A stretch of DNA of 42,618 bases, taken from positions 1 through 42,618 of the forward strand of contig CAKZJM010000228.1 in NCBI GenBank assembly GCA_936943315.1, given 5' to 3'. The notes under the pieces are model-generated. The model worked only from the letters and a program-made list of their open reading frames with translations. It searched no databases and had not been told where the DNA came from. Origin of the DNA: an uncultured Methylophilus sp. (GTDB lineage Bacteria; Pseudomonadota; Gammaproteobacteria; Burkholderiales; Methylophilaceae). The translations under genes and the position numbers were made by a program. Shown here in pieces: positions 20,303 to 32,434 of the stretch (position 1 is the stretch's first letter; each line of letters starts with the position of its first letter).

Positions 20303-23180
20303 ATTTGCGCACTTCACCACTACCAAACAAATTGCTCACGCAACGGCCACAAATGGTCGGATGCACGGCATCACTGCCCACATCGGCACGGTAATGCCAG
20401 CAACGGTCACATTTTGCATTTGTGCTTGATTTAACATTTACCCTCACTCCCGAACCAACCTCTTTATAAACAGTTGCTCTTGAAGTGATCAGCATAAACT
20501 TCAAATCATCACCAAAGCGACTTAACGTATCAAACGTTTTGTCATCCGTGTAAATATCAAGTTCGGCTTGTAGAGAGGACCCAACGATCCCTTGCGCACG
20601 CTGCTCCTCAATACGTTTGTTTGTGATGTCTCTGAATTGCCTCAAATTGCCCCAATCATCAAGCTGAGAAGGACTCAAGCCGTGGGCTGGCAAGTCATAC
20701 CAATCCTCTTCAAACACCGTCGCGACATTATCCAGGCCTAAAGTCTGCCAGATTTCATCCGCTGTAAAGCTCAAAATAGGCGCCATCAAACGCATCATGG
20801 CATGTGTGATGTGATACAAGGCACTTTGTGCAGCACGGCGTGCATGCGAGGTTTCGCCACTGGTGTAAAGGCGATCTTTGAGGATATCAAGGTAGAAACC
20901 ACCCAAATCTTCAGAGCAGAAGCTCACGAATTTCTGCATCGCCAAATGGAACTCATACTTTCCATAGTAAGAAATATCATTTCCACTCTGATCTTTTCGT
21001 GTTGCAAGATCAAGTTGCAATTGCTCCGTAAAGTGCAAGGCATAGCGGTCAACTTCTAACCATTCATCAACGGGCAGCAGGTCTTTGCTGGCGTCGAAAT
21101 CGGCCAGGTTAGAGAGCAAAAAGCGCAAGGTGTTGCGGATACGGCGGTAACCATCGGCCACCCGTTTGAGGATCTCGTCACTGATGGTCAACTCACCAGA
21201 GTAATCGGTCGAAGCCACCCACAAGCGCAGAATATCAGCGCCGTAAGTATCCATCACCTTTTGCGGCGCCACCACGTTGCCCTTGGACTTACTCATTTTG
21301 TGACCCGCACCATCCACCACAAAACCATGCGTCAGCAGCGCTTTGTAGGGCGCATTGCCATCAATGGCGCAACCGGTCAGCAAGCTGGACTGGAACCAGC
21401 CACGGTGCTGGTCAGAGCCTTCGAGGTACAAATCAGCCACGGGCTGATGCGCCGCTTCGCGCACATTCGCCGCGGCAGACAGGCTCGCGTGATGCGCTGA
21501 ACGCACCACTGCATAATGCGTGGCGCCGGAGTCAAACCATACGTCCAGCGTATCCGTCACTTTTTTATACTGGGCTGCATTTTCAGGCGCATGTTGCGCA
21601 AGGAAAGCATCGCCATCGAGGCTGAACCAGGCTTCTATGCCCTGCTGCTCCACCTGCTTGCACATGGTTTCCAACAGCTGCATGGTGTGAGGATGCGGCT
21701 CGCCCGTTTCCTTATGCACAAAGAATGGCATAGGCACGCCCCAGTTACGCTGGCGTGACACACACCAATCCGGGCGGTTTTTGATCATGGCTTCCAGGCG
21801 GGCACGGCCCCAGCTCGGGAAGAACTGTGTGGCATCGACCGCGGTATTAGCATGTTCACGCAAGGCCTTGCCATCTTTACCGACGGAATTCATGCCGATA
21901 AACCACTGATGCGTCGCCAATTGCATCAGTGGCGTTTTGTGACGCCAGCAATGCGGGAAGCTATGGTTTAAACGGGCAGATGCAAACAGCACGCCGTTTT
22001 CCTGCAATTTAGCTAAGATCACTTTGTTGGCATCCTGACGGCTCAGGCCACGAATCTCCGCCAACTCCACCAACTCACTAGTGAAGAATTTGCCATCGCC
22101 ACCAATCAGTACACGTGGTTTCTCGTTGGGGAAGTTGGCACGCATGACCAGCCAGTCATCGTTACCATGCGCGGCGGCCGTATGCACCAGGCCAGTACCG
22201 GCCTCGGTGGTGAAGTGGTCACCGGTGATCACAGGCACCTGGCGGTTATCGAACGGGTGTTGCAAAAAGAGGCCGCGCAGGGCTTCGCCCTTGCAACTTG
22301 CCAGCACAGAAGTATTTTCTTCCGCATATCTGGCTAGGGTCTTCTCGGCCAAGTCACGCACCAGTATCAGTAAACCCTTGCTGGTCTGGATCAAATCATA
22401 TTCCAACTCAGCATTCACACTCACCGCCTGGTTGGCAGGCAAGGTCCAAGGCGTCGTCGTCCAGATCACGGCATACGCATCGCCACTCACTGTGGTGTTA
22501 AATGCGTTGCCAAGCGCCGCGTTGTCCACGACCTTGAACCCGACATCAATCGCAGGTGAATTGACATCTTCGTACTCCACCTCCGCTTCAGCCAGGGCAG
22601 AGCCGCAGTCCACGCACCAGTGCACGGGTTTGGAACCCTGGTACAAATAGCCATTCTGGTAGATGTCGCCCAGGGCGCGCATGATATCGGCCTCGGTATC
22701 AAACGCCATGGTCAGGTATGGGTGATCCCAGTCGCCCAGCACGCCCAGGCGGATAAAGTCTTTCTTCTGTTTTTCTACCTGCTCGGCGGCGTAGGCGCGG
22801 CACAGTTCACGGAACTTGGCCGGGTCTATATTCTTGCCGTGGTTTTTCTCGACCACCAGTTCAATCGGCAGGCCGTGGCAATCCCAGCCTGGCACATAAG
22901 GCGCGTCAAAACCACTCATGGTTTTGGCCTTGATGATGATGTCTTTCAGGATTTTGTTGACGGCGTGACCAATGTGAATATCACCGTTAGCGTAGGGCGG
23001 GCCATCATGCAGGATAAACGCTGGCGCACCCTTGCGCTTGGCGCGGATACGCTCGTAAACTTTGCGCTCTTGCCAGCTCTTCAACCAGGCGGGTTCGCGC
23101 TTGGAGAGGTCGCCACGCATGGGGAAGCTGGTTTCCGGTAAATTCAGTGTGTATTTTGAATCTTTGGTTTGGTCGGTCAT
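20295..23180 (-). CDS. ileS: Isoleucine--tRNA ligase (type 1)
   Basis: [26 protein letters not shown]-terminal CDRC...CGRC zinc finger. Confidence 0.98.
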   Translation of the reverse strand: MTDQTKDSKYTLNLPETSFPMRGDLSKREPAWLKSWQERKVYERIRAKRKGAPAFILHDGPPYANGDIHIGHAVNKILKDIIIKAKTMSGFDAPYVPGWDCHGLPIELVVEKNHGKNIDPAKFRELCRAYAAEQVEKQKKDFIRLGVLGDWDHPYLTMAFDTEADIMRALGDIYQNGYLYQGSKPVHWCVDCGSALAEAEVEYEDVNSPAIDVGFKVVDNAALGNAFNTTVSGDAYAVIWTTTPWTLPANQAVSVNAELEYDLIQTSKGLLILVRDLAEKTLARYAEENTSVLASCKGEALRGLFLQHPFDNRQVPVITGDHFTTEAGTGLVHTAAAHGNDDWLVMRANFPNEKPRVLIGGDGKFFTSELVELAEIRGLSRQDANKVILAKLQENGVLFASARLNHSFPHCWRHKTPLMQLATHQWFIGMNSVGKDGKALREHANTAVDATQFFPSWGRARLEAMIKNRPDWCVSRQRNWGVPMPFFVHKETGEPHPHTMQLLETMCKQVEQQGIEAWFSLDGDAFLAQHAPENAAQYKKVTDTLDVWFDSGATHYAVVRSAHHASLSAAANVREAAHQPVADLYLEGSDQHRGWFQSSLLTGCAIDGNAPYKALLTHGFVVDGAGHKMSKSKGNVVAPQKVMDTYGADILRLWVASTDYSGELTISDEILKRVADGYRRIRNTLRFLLSNLADFDASKDLLPVDEWLEVDRYALHFTEQLQLDLATRKDQSGNDISYYGKYEFHLAMQKFVSFCSEDLGGFYLDILKDRLYTSGETSHARRAAQSALYHITHAMMRLMAPILSFTADEIWQTLGLDNVATVFEEDWYDLPAHGLSPSQLDDWGNLRQFRDITNKRIEEQRAQGIVGSSLQAELDIYTDDKTFDTLSRFGDDLKFMLITSRATVYKEVGSGVRVNVKSSTNAKCDRCWHYRADVGSDAVHPTICGRCVSNLFGSGEVRKYA

Positions 23181-23198
23181 TTAACAATCCATATTTAA

Positions 23199-23284
23199 AC
23201 CGCCGATAAACGCAGATGCACGCCGATAAAACCCTCTATCAAAGTATAGAAGGCTATCGGCGTTTATCCGCGTGTATCGGCGGT
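23199..23284. repeat. Inverted-repeat element built from 10-bp tandem units
   Basis: 30-bp arms 23199-23228 and 23255-23284 match at 26/30 as inverted repeats; each has three units like CGCCGATAAA; inner hairpin TCTAT/ATAGA. Confidence 0.8.
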
Positions 23285-24166
23285 AAAGTAATTCTTTGCC
23301 TGCAAGGCATCCAGCGCAATTTGCGCTTTCAGGGCATCCAGTCCGGCAAACTTTTGTTCGTCGCGCAGTTTATGAAAAAACTGCACATGCACATGCTGAT
23401 CATACAGATCACCATTAAAATCAAACACATGCACTTCAAGTTTGAGTTTGGGGATGCCTTCGAGCGTTGGGCGGTTGCCCAAATTGGCCACCGCCGGTAA
23501 ATTGTTCAATTTTACCGCATAAACCCCTGTCAGTGCAGGCCGCTCGTGGCGCATGTGCACATTGGCGGTGGGAAAGCCAAGCTGACGGCCAAGTTTGGCC
23601 CCATGCACCACTTTGCCGCTGATGCTGTAAGGGCGACCCAGCAGGGTTTGCGCCTTGACCAGCTCACCCGCTGCCAGCGCATCACGCACCAATGTGCTGG
23701 AAACACGCTCGCCATGCAATTGCACCTCAGGTAATGGAATCACATTAAAGCCGTTTTCAACCAGGGTGTGTACCGACCCGGCCCGTTTGGCCCCAAAACA
23801 GAAATCTTCACCCACCATCACCACATTGGCGTTGAGCTGCTCACGCAGCACCTGCATAAACGCGGCGGGGCTTTGCGCAGCAAACGCCTTGTTAAAACGC
23901 TGCACGTAGACATGTTGCACCCCGCACTCGGCAAAATATTCCAGCTTCTCGCGCATGGAAGCCAGGCGTGCTGGGGCATTTTGCGGCATGAAGAACTCGC
24001 GTGGATGCGGTTCAAACGTCATCACCGCGGGCGTGATTTTATAGGTATCCGTGAAAGCAATCAGCTGGCGCAACAAGGCCTGGTGCCCCAGATGCATGCC
24101 ATCAAAATTACCAATGGCAATGGCTTGAGGCGTCGATGATGCTGGAATATGCCGAAATATCTTCAC
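23264..24166 (-). CDS. ribF: Bifunctional riboflavin kinase/FAD synthetase
   Basis: IGNFDGMHLGHQ, TFEPHP, VSST, GFPTAN, LEVH. Confidence 0.97.
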   Translation of the reverse strand: MKIFRHIPASSTPQAIAIGNFDGMHLGHQALLRQLIAFTDTYKITPAVMTFEPHPREFFMPQNAPARLASMREKLEYFAECGVQHVYVQRFNKAFAAQSPAAFMQVLREQLNANVVMVGEDFCFGAKRAGSVHTLVENGFNVIPLPEVQLHGERVSSTLVRDALAAGELVKAQTLLGRPYSISGKVVHGAKLGRQLGFPTANVHMRHERPALTGVYAVKLNNLPAVANLGNRPTLEGIPKLKLEVHVFDFNGDLYDQHVHVQFFHKLRDEQKFAGLDALKAQIALDALQAKNYFTADTRG

Positions 24167-25707
24167 TTGGACACCCGTTTCATAAAGTCTCGCGGCCTAA
24201 ACCCTAACACCCCTAGTGCCGCAAAATACACACTCATCCCTAGCACGACCACACCCGCCAGATGCACCATGCGGTTGAGGGTAGGCATGGCCAGCCAGTC
24301 ACCAGACCAGGTTGCGGCCGCATGGAGTGACAGTGCCATGACGGTAACCGCCACCACCAACTTGAACAGGAATAGCAACCAACCTGCCTGAGGTTTAAAA
24401 GCACCCGATTTTTGCAAGGTGACCCACAGTAAAGTGGCATTCAGGCATGCGCCCAGGCCGACAGCCAATGCCAAGCCCGCGTGTTGCAACGAGGTAAACT
24501 TCAGAAAGCAAATGTTCATCAACTGCGTCATCACCAGGGTGAAAATAGCGATTTTGACTGGTGTTTTCACGTTTTGGCGGGCATAAAACCCAGGGGCCAG
24601 TACTTTCACCATAATCAGGCCCAGCAGGCTCAGGCTATAAGCGATCAATGCCCGCTCGGTTTGTGCGACATCTACCGGTGTGAATTTGCCGTAATAAAAC
24701 AGGCTGGCGACCAAGGGTTTTGAGAGCACCGCCATGGCCACCGCAGCCGGAATCGCCAGCATAAAAGTTAGGCGCAAGCCCCAGTCCAGCAGCAGCGAAA
24801 ACTCAGTACTGGATTTATCGACGTGCGCCTTGGATAAACTGGGCAGTAGGATGGTGCCCAACGCAACACCAAGCACACCCGTTGGGAATTCCATCAGGCG
24901 ATCGGCATAATAGAGCCAAGAGACACTGCCAGTTGGCATAAACGAAGCAAAAATATTGTTCAATACAATGGAGATTTGCGCGACAGACACACCAAAAATG
25001 GCAGGTCCCATCAGCTTGAGGATACGGCGCACGCCTTCGTCTTGCAGATTCAGCTCATAGCGCGGCAACATGCCAATCTCTTGCAGATAAGGTAACTGGT
25101 ATAGCAACTGGATAATGCCGCCGACAAACACGGCCCAGGCCAATACATAGACCGAGTTGTGAAAATGTGGCGCCACAAACAGGGCGGCAGTAATAAAACT
25201 CACATTGAGCCACACGGGCGTAAACGCGGGCACCTGAAACTTACTGAAAGCATTGAGCACACCCCCGGCCATCGATACCAGCGAAATAAACAAGATATAA
25301 GGAAAGGTAATGCGCAATAGCTCAGTGGTCAGGGCAAACTTGGTCGGGTCATGCACAAAACCAGGCGAAGTCAGGCGCACAATGAGGGGGGCAGCCAGCA
25401 TGCCGACAATGGTAATCGCCACCAGAAACAAACCCAGCAAACTGGAGACATGGTTAATCAGGGCTTTGGTCGCTTCGGGCGTGCGTTGTTTGCGATACTC
25501 GGAGAGAATGGGCACAAACGCCTGGCTGAATGCGCCCTCCCCTGAAATGCGGCGCAACAGGTTGGGGATTTTAAACGCGACAAAGAAGGCATCGGTCGCC
25601 ATGCCCGCACCAAAAATGCGTGCAATCAGCGTGTCACGTACAAACCCCAGCAAGCGCGAGATAAACGTCATGCCACCCACGGTGGCCAGTGCTTTGAGCA
25701 AATTCAT
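24163..25707 (-). CDS. murJ: Lipid II flippase MurJ (MviN)
   Basis: MNLLKALATV start, SRLLGFVRD, PNLLRR, YYADRLMEFP. Confidence 0.97.
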   Translation of the reverse strand: MNLLKALATVGGMTFISRLLGFVRDTLIARIFGAGMATDAFFVAFKIPNLLRRISGEGAFSQAFVPILSEYRKQRTPEATKALINHVSSLLGLFLVAITIVGMLAAPLIVRLTSPGFVHDPTKFALTTELLRITFPYILFISLVSMAGGVLNAFSKFQVPAFTPVWLNVSFITAALFVAPHFHNSVYVLAWAVFVGGIIQLLYQLPYLQEIGMLPRYELNLQDEGVRRILKLMGPAIFGVSVAQISIVLNNIFASFMPTGSVSWLYYADRLMEFPTGVLGVALGTILLPSLSKAHVDKSSTEFSLLLDWGLRLTFMLAIPAAVAMAVLSKPLVASLFYYGKFTPVDVAQTERALIAYSLSLLGLIMVKVLAPGFYARQNVKTPVKIAIFTLVMTQLMNICFLKFTSLQHAGLALAVGLGACLNATLLWVTLQKSGAFKPQAGWLLFLFKLVVAVTVMALSLHAAATWSGDWLAMPTLNRMVHLAGVVVLGMSVYFAALGVLGFRPRDFMKRVSK

Positions 25708-25836
25708 AAATGATGGAAAATTGGCGCCTTGGATTGTTTTTGGCAGCTTATGCCAGCAGCATGCCGCCAGCAGATTAAAAAGTTGGGCGATTTTACCATG
25801 CAGCAAGAATCAATCGACGAAAATGCGTTTTTAATA

Positions 25837-25865
25837 TTGCAAAAACAAAGCAAAAACAGTATGAT
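25837..25865 (+). promoter_or_regulatory. Sigma70 promoter of rpsT
   Basis: TTGCAA-N17-TATGAT about 50 nt upstream of the start. Confidence 0.6.
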
Positions 25866-25914
25866 GCACGGTTTCGTATCACACCCCTTTTGAAAGTTAC
25901 AGGATAAAACGAAT

Positions 25915-26301
25915 ATGGCAAATACCGCACAAGCCCGCAAACGCGCGCGCCAATCCGTCAAAGTAAACGCGCACAATGCTGCGTTGCGTTCAACTTTGCG
26001 TACTGCGATCAAAAAAGTAATCAAAGCGATTCAATCTGGTGACAAGGCTGCTGCTGTGGCTTCTTACCAGGAAAATGTGAGCGTGATCGACCGTATCGCT
26101 GACAAGAAAATCATCCACAAAAACAAAGCTGCTCGTCATAAGAGCCGTCTGACTGCTGCGATCAAGGCATTGTCCGGTGACGCACCAGCCACTTTGACTT
26201 CTGTGAAAAAAGCCGCTGCGCCTAAAGCGAAAGCGACTAAAGCAGAAGCTGCACCAGCTAAAAAAGCTGCTAAGCCTCGTGCCAAAAAAGCCGCTGAATA
26301 A
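25915..26301 (+). CDS. rpsT: 30S ribosomal protein S20 with Ala/Lys/Pro-rich C-terminal extension
   Basis: [13 protein letters not shown]...[13 protein letters not shown]; divergent from murJ as usual; about 40 extra residues. Confidence 0.96.
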   Translation: MANTAQARKRARQSVKVNAHNAALRSTLRTAIKKVIKAIQSGDKAAAVASYQENVSVIDRIADKKIIHKNKAARHKSRLTAAIKALSGDAPATLTSVKKAAAPKAKATKAEAAPAKKAAKPRAKKAAE

Positions 26302-26326
26302 TTTCAGTAGGGGTGCGTACTAAAAG

Positions 26327-26351
26327 AGCCGGACAGATGTCCGGCTTTTTT
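26327..26351 (+). terminator. Intrinsic terminator of rpsT
   Basis: AGCCGGACA/TGTCCGGCT stem followed by a T tract. Confidence 0.88.
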
Positions 26352-26460
26352 ATTGTTTAAATCTGCCCGCTTTTGAGTGCCTGTCAATCCGCCTTGCTGA
26401 TACCATGGTGCTTAAACGTGTAGACACTTCACGTATTCACCGTATTTGAAGGAGCATGCC

Positions 26461-26925
26461 TTGAGCTTTATCGAAAAAAACCTTCTTGAGAATGAGGCCG
26501 TGATTTATCGCGCCCATGTCCACTGGATTATTTTTCTGAATACCTTTTTATACTTACTGTTGAGCGTTTTGGCCTGCGCATTTAACCTGCGCCAGGCGGA
26601 ACCCAGCCAATTTCTGTGGGCAATCTGCCTGCTCAGCCTGTTACTAGCACTCATCGCCGCCATTAGCAGCTATATCCACTACAAAACGTCTGAGTTTGCC
26701 ATCACCAATAAACGCGTCCTGATCAAGGTTGGCTTTATCAGACGGCATTCTTTGGAGGTGCTTCTGCATAAAGTAGAAGGGATTGGCGTCAATCAAAGCA
26801 TTCTGGGCCGAATATTAGGCTTTGGCACCATTACCGTCACCGGGACAGGCGGCACCAAAGAAACGTTTGACCGCATTGCGTCACCACTTGAATTCAGAAA
26901 ACAGGTGCAAGCCAATCTGTCATGA
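26461..26925 (+). CDS. Bacterial PH-domain (bPH_2) membrane protein
   Basis: Two TM helices then TSEFAITNKRV...GFIRR...QSILGRILGFGTI; TTG start with AAGGAG SD. Confidence 0.85.
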   Translation: MSFIEKNLLENEAVIYRAHVHWIIFLNTFLYLLLSVLACAFNLRQAEPSQFLWAICLLSLLLALIAAISSYIHYKTSEFAITNKRVLIKVGFIRRHSLEVLLHKVEGIGVNQSILGRILGFGTITVTGTGGTKETFDRIASPLEFRKQVQANLS

Positions 26926-26947
26926 GGCTGAGTGATGGCAGGTAAAT

Positions 26948-26979
26948 AACAAAAAGCCCGGATGTCCGGGCTTTTTGTT
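26948..26979. terminator. Bidirectional intrinsic terminator between convergent genes
   Basis: AACAAAAAGCCCGGA-TG-TCCGGGCTTTTTGTT. Confidence 0.88.
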
Positions 26980-27015
26980 GATGCATCGCGCAAAGGATGC
27001 GTGCCTGATGCTCAG

Positions 27016-28164
27016 TTATTCACCAATATGTAATTCGCTACGCGCTACTTTGGCGATGTTGAGCACAGACTCCGCATGATCGCCAATCACGGTGAAATGA
27101 CCCATCTTGCGGCCTTTGCGCGGCTCATGTTTGCCATACAAATGCATTTTGAGATTGCCGTGGACAAAGGCTTTGTCCCATGCTGGCTCAACTTGCTTGC
27201 CAGTGTAGAGCCAGCTATCGCCCAGGATATTCACCATGACCGCATTGCTATGCAGCGCTGGACTGCCTAATGCCTGACCGGTAATCACACGGACTTGCTG
27301 TTCAAACTGGTTAGTGACACAGGCATCAATGGTGTAATGGCCTGAGTTATGTGGGCGCGGTGCAATTTCATTGACCAGTAACTGGTTGCCGACCACAAAA
27401 AACTCCACACCGAGCACACCTACATAATTGAGTTTGGTGGCGAGTTTTTTGGCCAGCTCCTGCGCATTGGCCTTGATCACTTCAGAGCAGCGCGCCGGGG
27501 CGATACTGATATCGAGAATGCCATTCAAATGGCTGTTTTCTGCGGTCGGAAACGCGGCAACATTGCCGTGCACATCGCGCGCCAGCACCACTGATACTTC
27601 CAGATCCAATGGCAGCATTTTTTCCAATACACAGACTTCCTGTTTGAAACCCTGGAATGCCGCCACCGCCTGCTCGCGGTTGGCAACACGCGCCTGGCCT
27701 TTACCATCGTAACCAAAGCGGGCTACTTTGAGCACGGCCGGATACATCTCGCCATCGGCAGGTAAATCACTTTCAGCCATCACCGGCACAAACGGCCCCA
27801 CCGGCAGACCCGCCTCTTTGAAGAAAGTTTTTTCTTTGACCCGGTGCTGCGCAATCGCGACGGCATCGGCACTGGGATGCACCACGGTAGACTTGGCCAA
27901 CGTGGCGAGCGTTTGAGCAGGTACGTTTTCAAACTCGGTAGAAATCGCCTGGCACGTCTCGGCCATGGTTTTCAACGCGGCTGCATCATCATAAGCGGCA
28001 CATAAATGCACATCGGCAATCATGCCGGCCGGGCTGTTTTTATCCGGATCGAGCACCGTGACTTTATACCCCATCTCGTGGGCAGCAATCACGAAAAAAC
28101 GGCCCAGCTGGCCGCCACCTAACATGCCTAGCATGGCTGAGGGTTGAATCAGAGAGGATGTCAT
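27016..28164 (-). CDS. purK: N5-carboxyaminoimidazole ribonucleotide synthase
   Basis: [32 protein letters not shown]. Confidence 0.97.
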   Translation of the reverse strand: MTSSLIQPSAMLGMLGGGQLGRFFVIAAHEMGYKVTVLDPDKNSPAGMIADVHLCAAYDDAAALKTMAETCQAISTEFENVPAQTLATLAKSTVVHPSADAVAIAQHRVKEKTFFKEAGLPVGPFVPVMAESDLPADGEMYPAVLKVARFGYDGKGQARVANREQAVAAFQGFKQEVCVLEKMLPLDLEVSVVLARDVHGNVAAFPTAENSHLNGILDISIAPARCSEVIKANAQELAKKLATKLNYVGVLGVEFFVVGNQLLVNEIAPRPHNSGHYTIDACVTNQFEQQVRVITGQALGSPALHSNAVMVNILGDSWLYTGKQVEPAWDKAFVHGNLKMHLYGKHEPRKGRKMGHFTVIGDHAESVLNIAKVARSELHIGE

Positions 28165-28655
28165 GGCTTTTCGCTTAACTCCATTGCGTGTACTTTTTCG
28201 GCTTGTTTAGTGCGGAAGGCAGCCAGCTTGTCAGCCAGGGCCTGATCCTGATTTGCCAGCATCGCCACGGCAAACAACCCGGCATTGGCGGCGCCAGCAT
28301 CGCCAATGGCGAAGGTCGCCACGGGGATGCCTTTAGGCATTTGTACGATAGACAGCAGGGAATCTTGCCCTTGCAGGTGCTTGGAAGGCACAGGCACCCC
28401 CAATACCGGCAACGTCGTTTTCGCTGCCACCATGCCTGGCAAGTGCGCAGCGCCACCGGCACCGGCAATAATCACCTGATAGCCATTGCTGGCAGCAGAT
28501 TCCGCAAACTGGAACATCAGGTCTGGCGTCCTGTGGGCAGACACGACTCGCGCCTCATAGGCCACGCCAAAATCGGCCAGCATTTGCGCGGCATTCTTCA
28601 TCACCGGCCAATCACTGTCCGACCCCATAATAATGGCTACCAAAGGTTTACTCAT
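28161..28655 (-). CDS. purE: N5-CAIR mutase
   Basis: [34 protein letters not shown]. Confidence 0.97.
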   Translation of the reverse strand: MSKPLVAIIMGSDSDWPVMKNAAQMLADFGVAYEARVVSAHRTPDLMFQFAESAASNGYQVIIAGAGGAAHLPGMVAAKTTLPVLGVPVPSKHLQGQDSLLSIVQMPKGIPVATFAIGDAGAANAGLFAVAMLANQDQALADKLAAFRTKQAEKVHAMELSEKP

Positions 28656-28796
28656 ACAATTGCCTTTAATTGAATTCAATTAGCTGAACAACAAGGTTGG
28701 CAATAAGCTCAATGACGTTTGCTTTTTTGCGGTTGTGGCTTCTGCCACTACGCTTAACTTGCTTCGCAGGTGAGCCTACGCCGCAATCTTGTATTG

Positions 28797-29918
28797 CTAA
28801 AGCAACACAAGATTGTCCCGGTGTATCAATTCTTTTTCTTCGACATATCCCAGCACGCTTTCTATTTCGCTGCTGGGTTTACGTTTAATCCGTCGTACTT
28901 CATTGGCATTGTAATTGACAATGCCACGCGCCCACTCTTTACCGGCAGCATCCACACAAGCCACCACATCGCCGCGCTCAAACTGGCCCAGCACATCGAC
29001 CACACCAATCGGCAACAAGCTCTTGCCATCCTTGGTCAGCACAGTCACGGCACCATCATCCAGCACCAGCTTACCACCTACACGCAGATGATCGGCCAGC
29101 CACTGTTTTTTAGCCAGTGTTTTCATTTTACCGGCTTGCAAATGCGTACCAATCGCTTCGCCCTGGCTCAAGCGCACCAACACTTCAGGCTCTCTGCCTG
29201 AAGCAATCACGGTATGCGCCCCACTATTGGCGGCACGCTTGGCCGCCAGGATTTTGGTCAGCATGCCCCCCGTTCCGACGGCACTGCCCGCCCCGCCTGC
29301 CATGCTTTCAAGCTCTGGGTTGCCTGCGGTTTCAAAATTGATAAACACCGCATGAGGGTCTTTGCGCGGATCAGCAGAATACAGGCCCTTTTGGTCAGTC
29401 AGAATAATCAGGGCATCGGCTTCTATGAGGTTGGCGACCAATGCCCCCAGGGTATCGTTATCGCCAAAGCGGATTTCTTCGGTGACGACGGTGTCATTTT
29501 CGTTGATGATGGGGATGACGTTCAAATCGAGCAGCGTACGTAAAGTAGTACGCGCATTGAGGTAACGTTTGCGGTCTGCCAGGTCTTCGTGCGTCAGAAG
29601 CAGCTGTGCCGTGTGCAAGCCATGCTGGGCAAAGCACTGCTCATACATTTGTACCAGGCCCATTTGGCCCACTGCCGCCGCGGCTTGCAGTTTATTGACT
29701 TCGACCGGACGCTTTTTCCAGCCCAGGCGCTGCATGCCTTCGGCAACCGCCCCGCTAGACACCAGCACCACCTGTTTGCCCTGTTTGACCAAGCCACTGA
29801 TCTGTTGCGCCCAGGCAGCAATGGCTGTTTTATCCAACCCCTGGCCGTCATTCGTCACCAGGCTGGAGCCTACTTTGACAATCAGGGTTTTGCTGTCTTG
29901 TATGAGTGAAACGCTCAT
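28797..29918 (-). CDS. proB: Glutamate 5-kinase with PUA domain
   Basis: [38 protein letters not shown]. Confidence 0.97.
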   Translation of the reverse strand: MSVSLIQDSKTLIVKVGSSLVTNDGQGLDKTAIAAWAQQISGLVKQGKQVVLVSSGAVAEGMQRLGWKKRPVEVNKLQAAAAVGQMGLVQMYEQCFAQHGLHTAQLLLTHEDLADRKRYLNARTTLRTLLDLNVIPIINENDTVVTEEIRFGDNDTLGALVANLIEADALIILTDQKGLYSADPRKDPHAVFINFETAGNPELESMAGGAGSAVGTGGMLTKILAAKRAANSGAHTVIASGREPEVLVRLSQGEAIGTHLQAGKMKTLAKKQWLADHLRVGGKLVLDDGAVTVLTKDGKSLLPIGVVDVLGQFERGDVVACVDAAGKEWARGIVNYNANEVRRIKRKPSSEIESVLGYVEEKELIHRDNLVLL

Positions 29919-29923
29919 AAAAC

Positions 29924-30994
<1,071 letters not shown>

Positions 30995-31144
30995 TTACTC
31001 GTAATCTCGCATGTTTTTTGTACTCGTTCCTTGCCGTACTGATGGGTACGATGTGCGTCACTGCGCGCAAAAAACAAGCAAGCTAACCCAAGCAATAAGA
31101 AACCTGAAGTAGGCTAACTTTTTCTAATGCATGAACTATAAAGT

Positions 31145-31175
31145 AAAAAGCCCCGTCAAGCGACAGGGCTTTTTT
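31145..31175 (-). terminator. Intrinsic terminator after rpmA
   Basis: AAAAAGCCCCGTC-AAGC-GACAGGGCTTTTTT hairpin with A/T tracts on both sides. Confidence 0.8.
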
Positions 31176-31188
31176 CATAAAAGGGCGA

Positions 31189-31446
31189 TTAAACCGCTTC
31201 GATGCTCACGGTGTGACGCTTCAACGCGCCTTTCACAGCAAATTTCACTTTGCCTTCTACCAGTGCATACAGCGTATGGTCTTTGCCCATGCCAACGTTT
31301 TCGCCAGCGTGCATTTTAGTACCGCGCTGACGCACGATGATGCTACCTGCGTTAACCACTGTTTCACCGAAAGCTTTAACGCCCAAGCGTTTGGCTTGTG
31401 AGTCGCGACCGTTACGTGAACTACCGCCTGCTTTTTTGTGTGCCAT
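31189..31446 (-). CDS. rpmA: 50S ribosomal protein L27
   Basis: [16 protein letters not shown]. Confidence 0.99.
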   Translation of the reverse strand: MAHKKAGGSSRNGRDSQAKRLGVKAFGETVVNAGSIIVRQRGTKMHAGENVGMGKDHTLYALVEGKVKFAVKGALKRHTVSIEAV

Positions 31447-31526
31447 GTTTGATTCCTTATTCTAGCAATCTGCTCTACTCAAGCAGAACGTGCTTATTTG
31501 CTGAACTAAATTTGTTTTGACGAAAT

Positions 31527-31841
31527 TTATTTTGCCGAAATGGTATCGATTTGAATTTCTGTGTAGCTCTGACGATGACCTTGAGTCTTGCGGTAGTGCT
31601 TACGACGGCGCATTTTGAAGATCATCACTTTGTCGCCACGGCCATGTGATACCACTGTGGCATTCACTTTTGCACCAGCTACCAACGGTGCACCAATCGT
31701 AGTTGTCTCGCCGTCAGCAATCAACAACACTTTGTCAATCACTACTTTGGAGCCAACGTCGCCAGTCAATTTCTCAACTTTTACTTTGTCACCAGCGGCT
31801 ACTTTGTACTGTTTGCCACCTGTTTTAATCACTGCGTACAT
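31527..31841 (-). CDS. rplU: 50S ribosomal protein L21
   Basis: [14 protein letters not shown]...GHRQ. Confidence 0.99.
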   Translation of the reverse strand: MYAVIKTGGKQYKVAAGDKVKVEKLTGDVGSKVVIDKVLLIADGETTTIGAPLVAGAKVNATVVSHGRGDKVMIFKMRRRKHYRKTQGHRQSYTEIQIDTISAK

Positions 31842-31878
31842 AATAATGCCTTAAACATCGCCTTTTAAAGAACCCGCA

Positions 31879-31906
31879 ATTATACGCAATTTATTCGATA
31901 ATGCAA
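31879..31906 (-). promoter_or_regulatory. Sigma70 promoter of rplU-rpmA
   Basis: Minus strand TTGCAT-N16-TATAAT. Confidence 0.6.
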
Positions 31907-31977
31907 ATATATTTGCGCATCATTTTAGCAAATGTGAGGACCCCGTCACCAGCGTACATAGACGCCTCGACAAGCCT

Positions 31978-32328
31978 TTATTTTAAACTGTGCCGCCAGG
32001 GACGGATACTGCCATTTGTATAATAGGCATAGACCGCAAATACTGACTCCAGCAATTGCTCGCAACCGTCCAGTTTTGAGTCTGCCATCGCCTGGAAAGA
32101 GACCATGCGGTACATGGGTAGCATCTCCAGATTATTTAATGAACTGAGTGGCTGAAAGGTGGCGCACGCCAGTGACCGCCCGGACTGCCGCACATGCACA
32201 TTAAACATATCCACCACGGCCAACTCTAACTGCTGGCCATCCATTAAAGCCAACTGGTACTGTTTTTTATTCAGTTGCGCCACGCTGAGCACCGCATTTA
32301 TGGCCATTGTGTTTGAAGTCATCGGCAT
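31978..32328 (-). CDS. Hypothetical protein divergent from the MocR regulator
   Basis: Only substantial ORF in the gap; AGGGA SD-like sequence near ATGs at 32328/32322; preceded by a copy of the shared operator. No family recognised. Confidence 0.65.
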   Translation of the reverse strand: MPMTSNTMAINAVLSVAQLNKKQYQLALMDGQQLELAVVDMFNVHVRQSGRSLACATFQPLSSLNNLEMLPMYRMVSFQAMADSKLDGCEQLLESVFAVYAYYTNGSIRPWRHSLK

Positions 32329-32370
32329 ATCCCTACTCAAAAGACGCAGCATAAAGCGCCGCCAATTTGC

Positions 32371-32409
32371 ATAACAGCCGCAGTTTGCATTAAATTAACC
32401 ATATCAGAT
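32371..32409 (-). promoter_or_regulatory. Candidate MocR/MpaR operator, copy 1
   Basis: Minus strand ATCTGATATGGTT-N10-AAACTG-N3-CTGTT, same motif and spacing as at 33871. Confidence 0.7.
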
Positions 32410-32434
32410 ATGCGCCACTGAATGAGACGACAGC

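Noticed and set aside
25708-25806. 33-aa N-terminal extension of MurJ in the ORF track
   Set aside because: Conserved MurJ start is MNLLK at 25707. Similar over-extended starts were trimmed for clpB, lspA, purE, the PepSY gene and the BNR gene.
28690-28790. Known purine, ZTP or PRPP riboswitch upstream of purE
   Set aside because: Conserved core nucleotides of those classes not recognised and no expression platform is evident; kept only as an unassigned structure.
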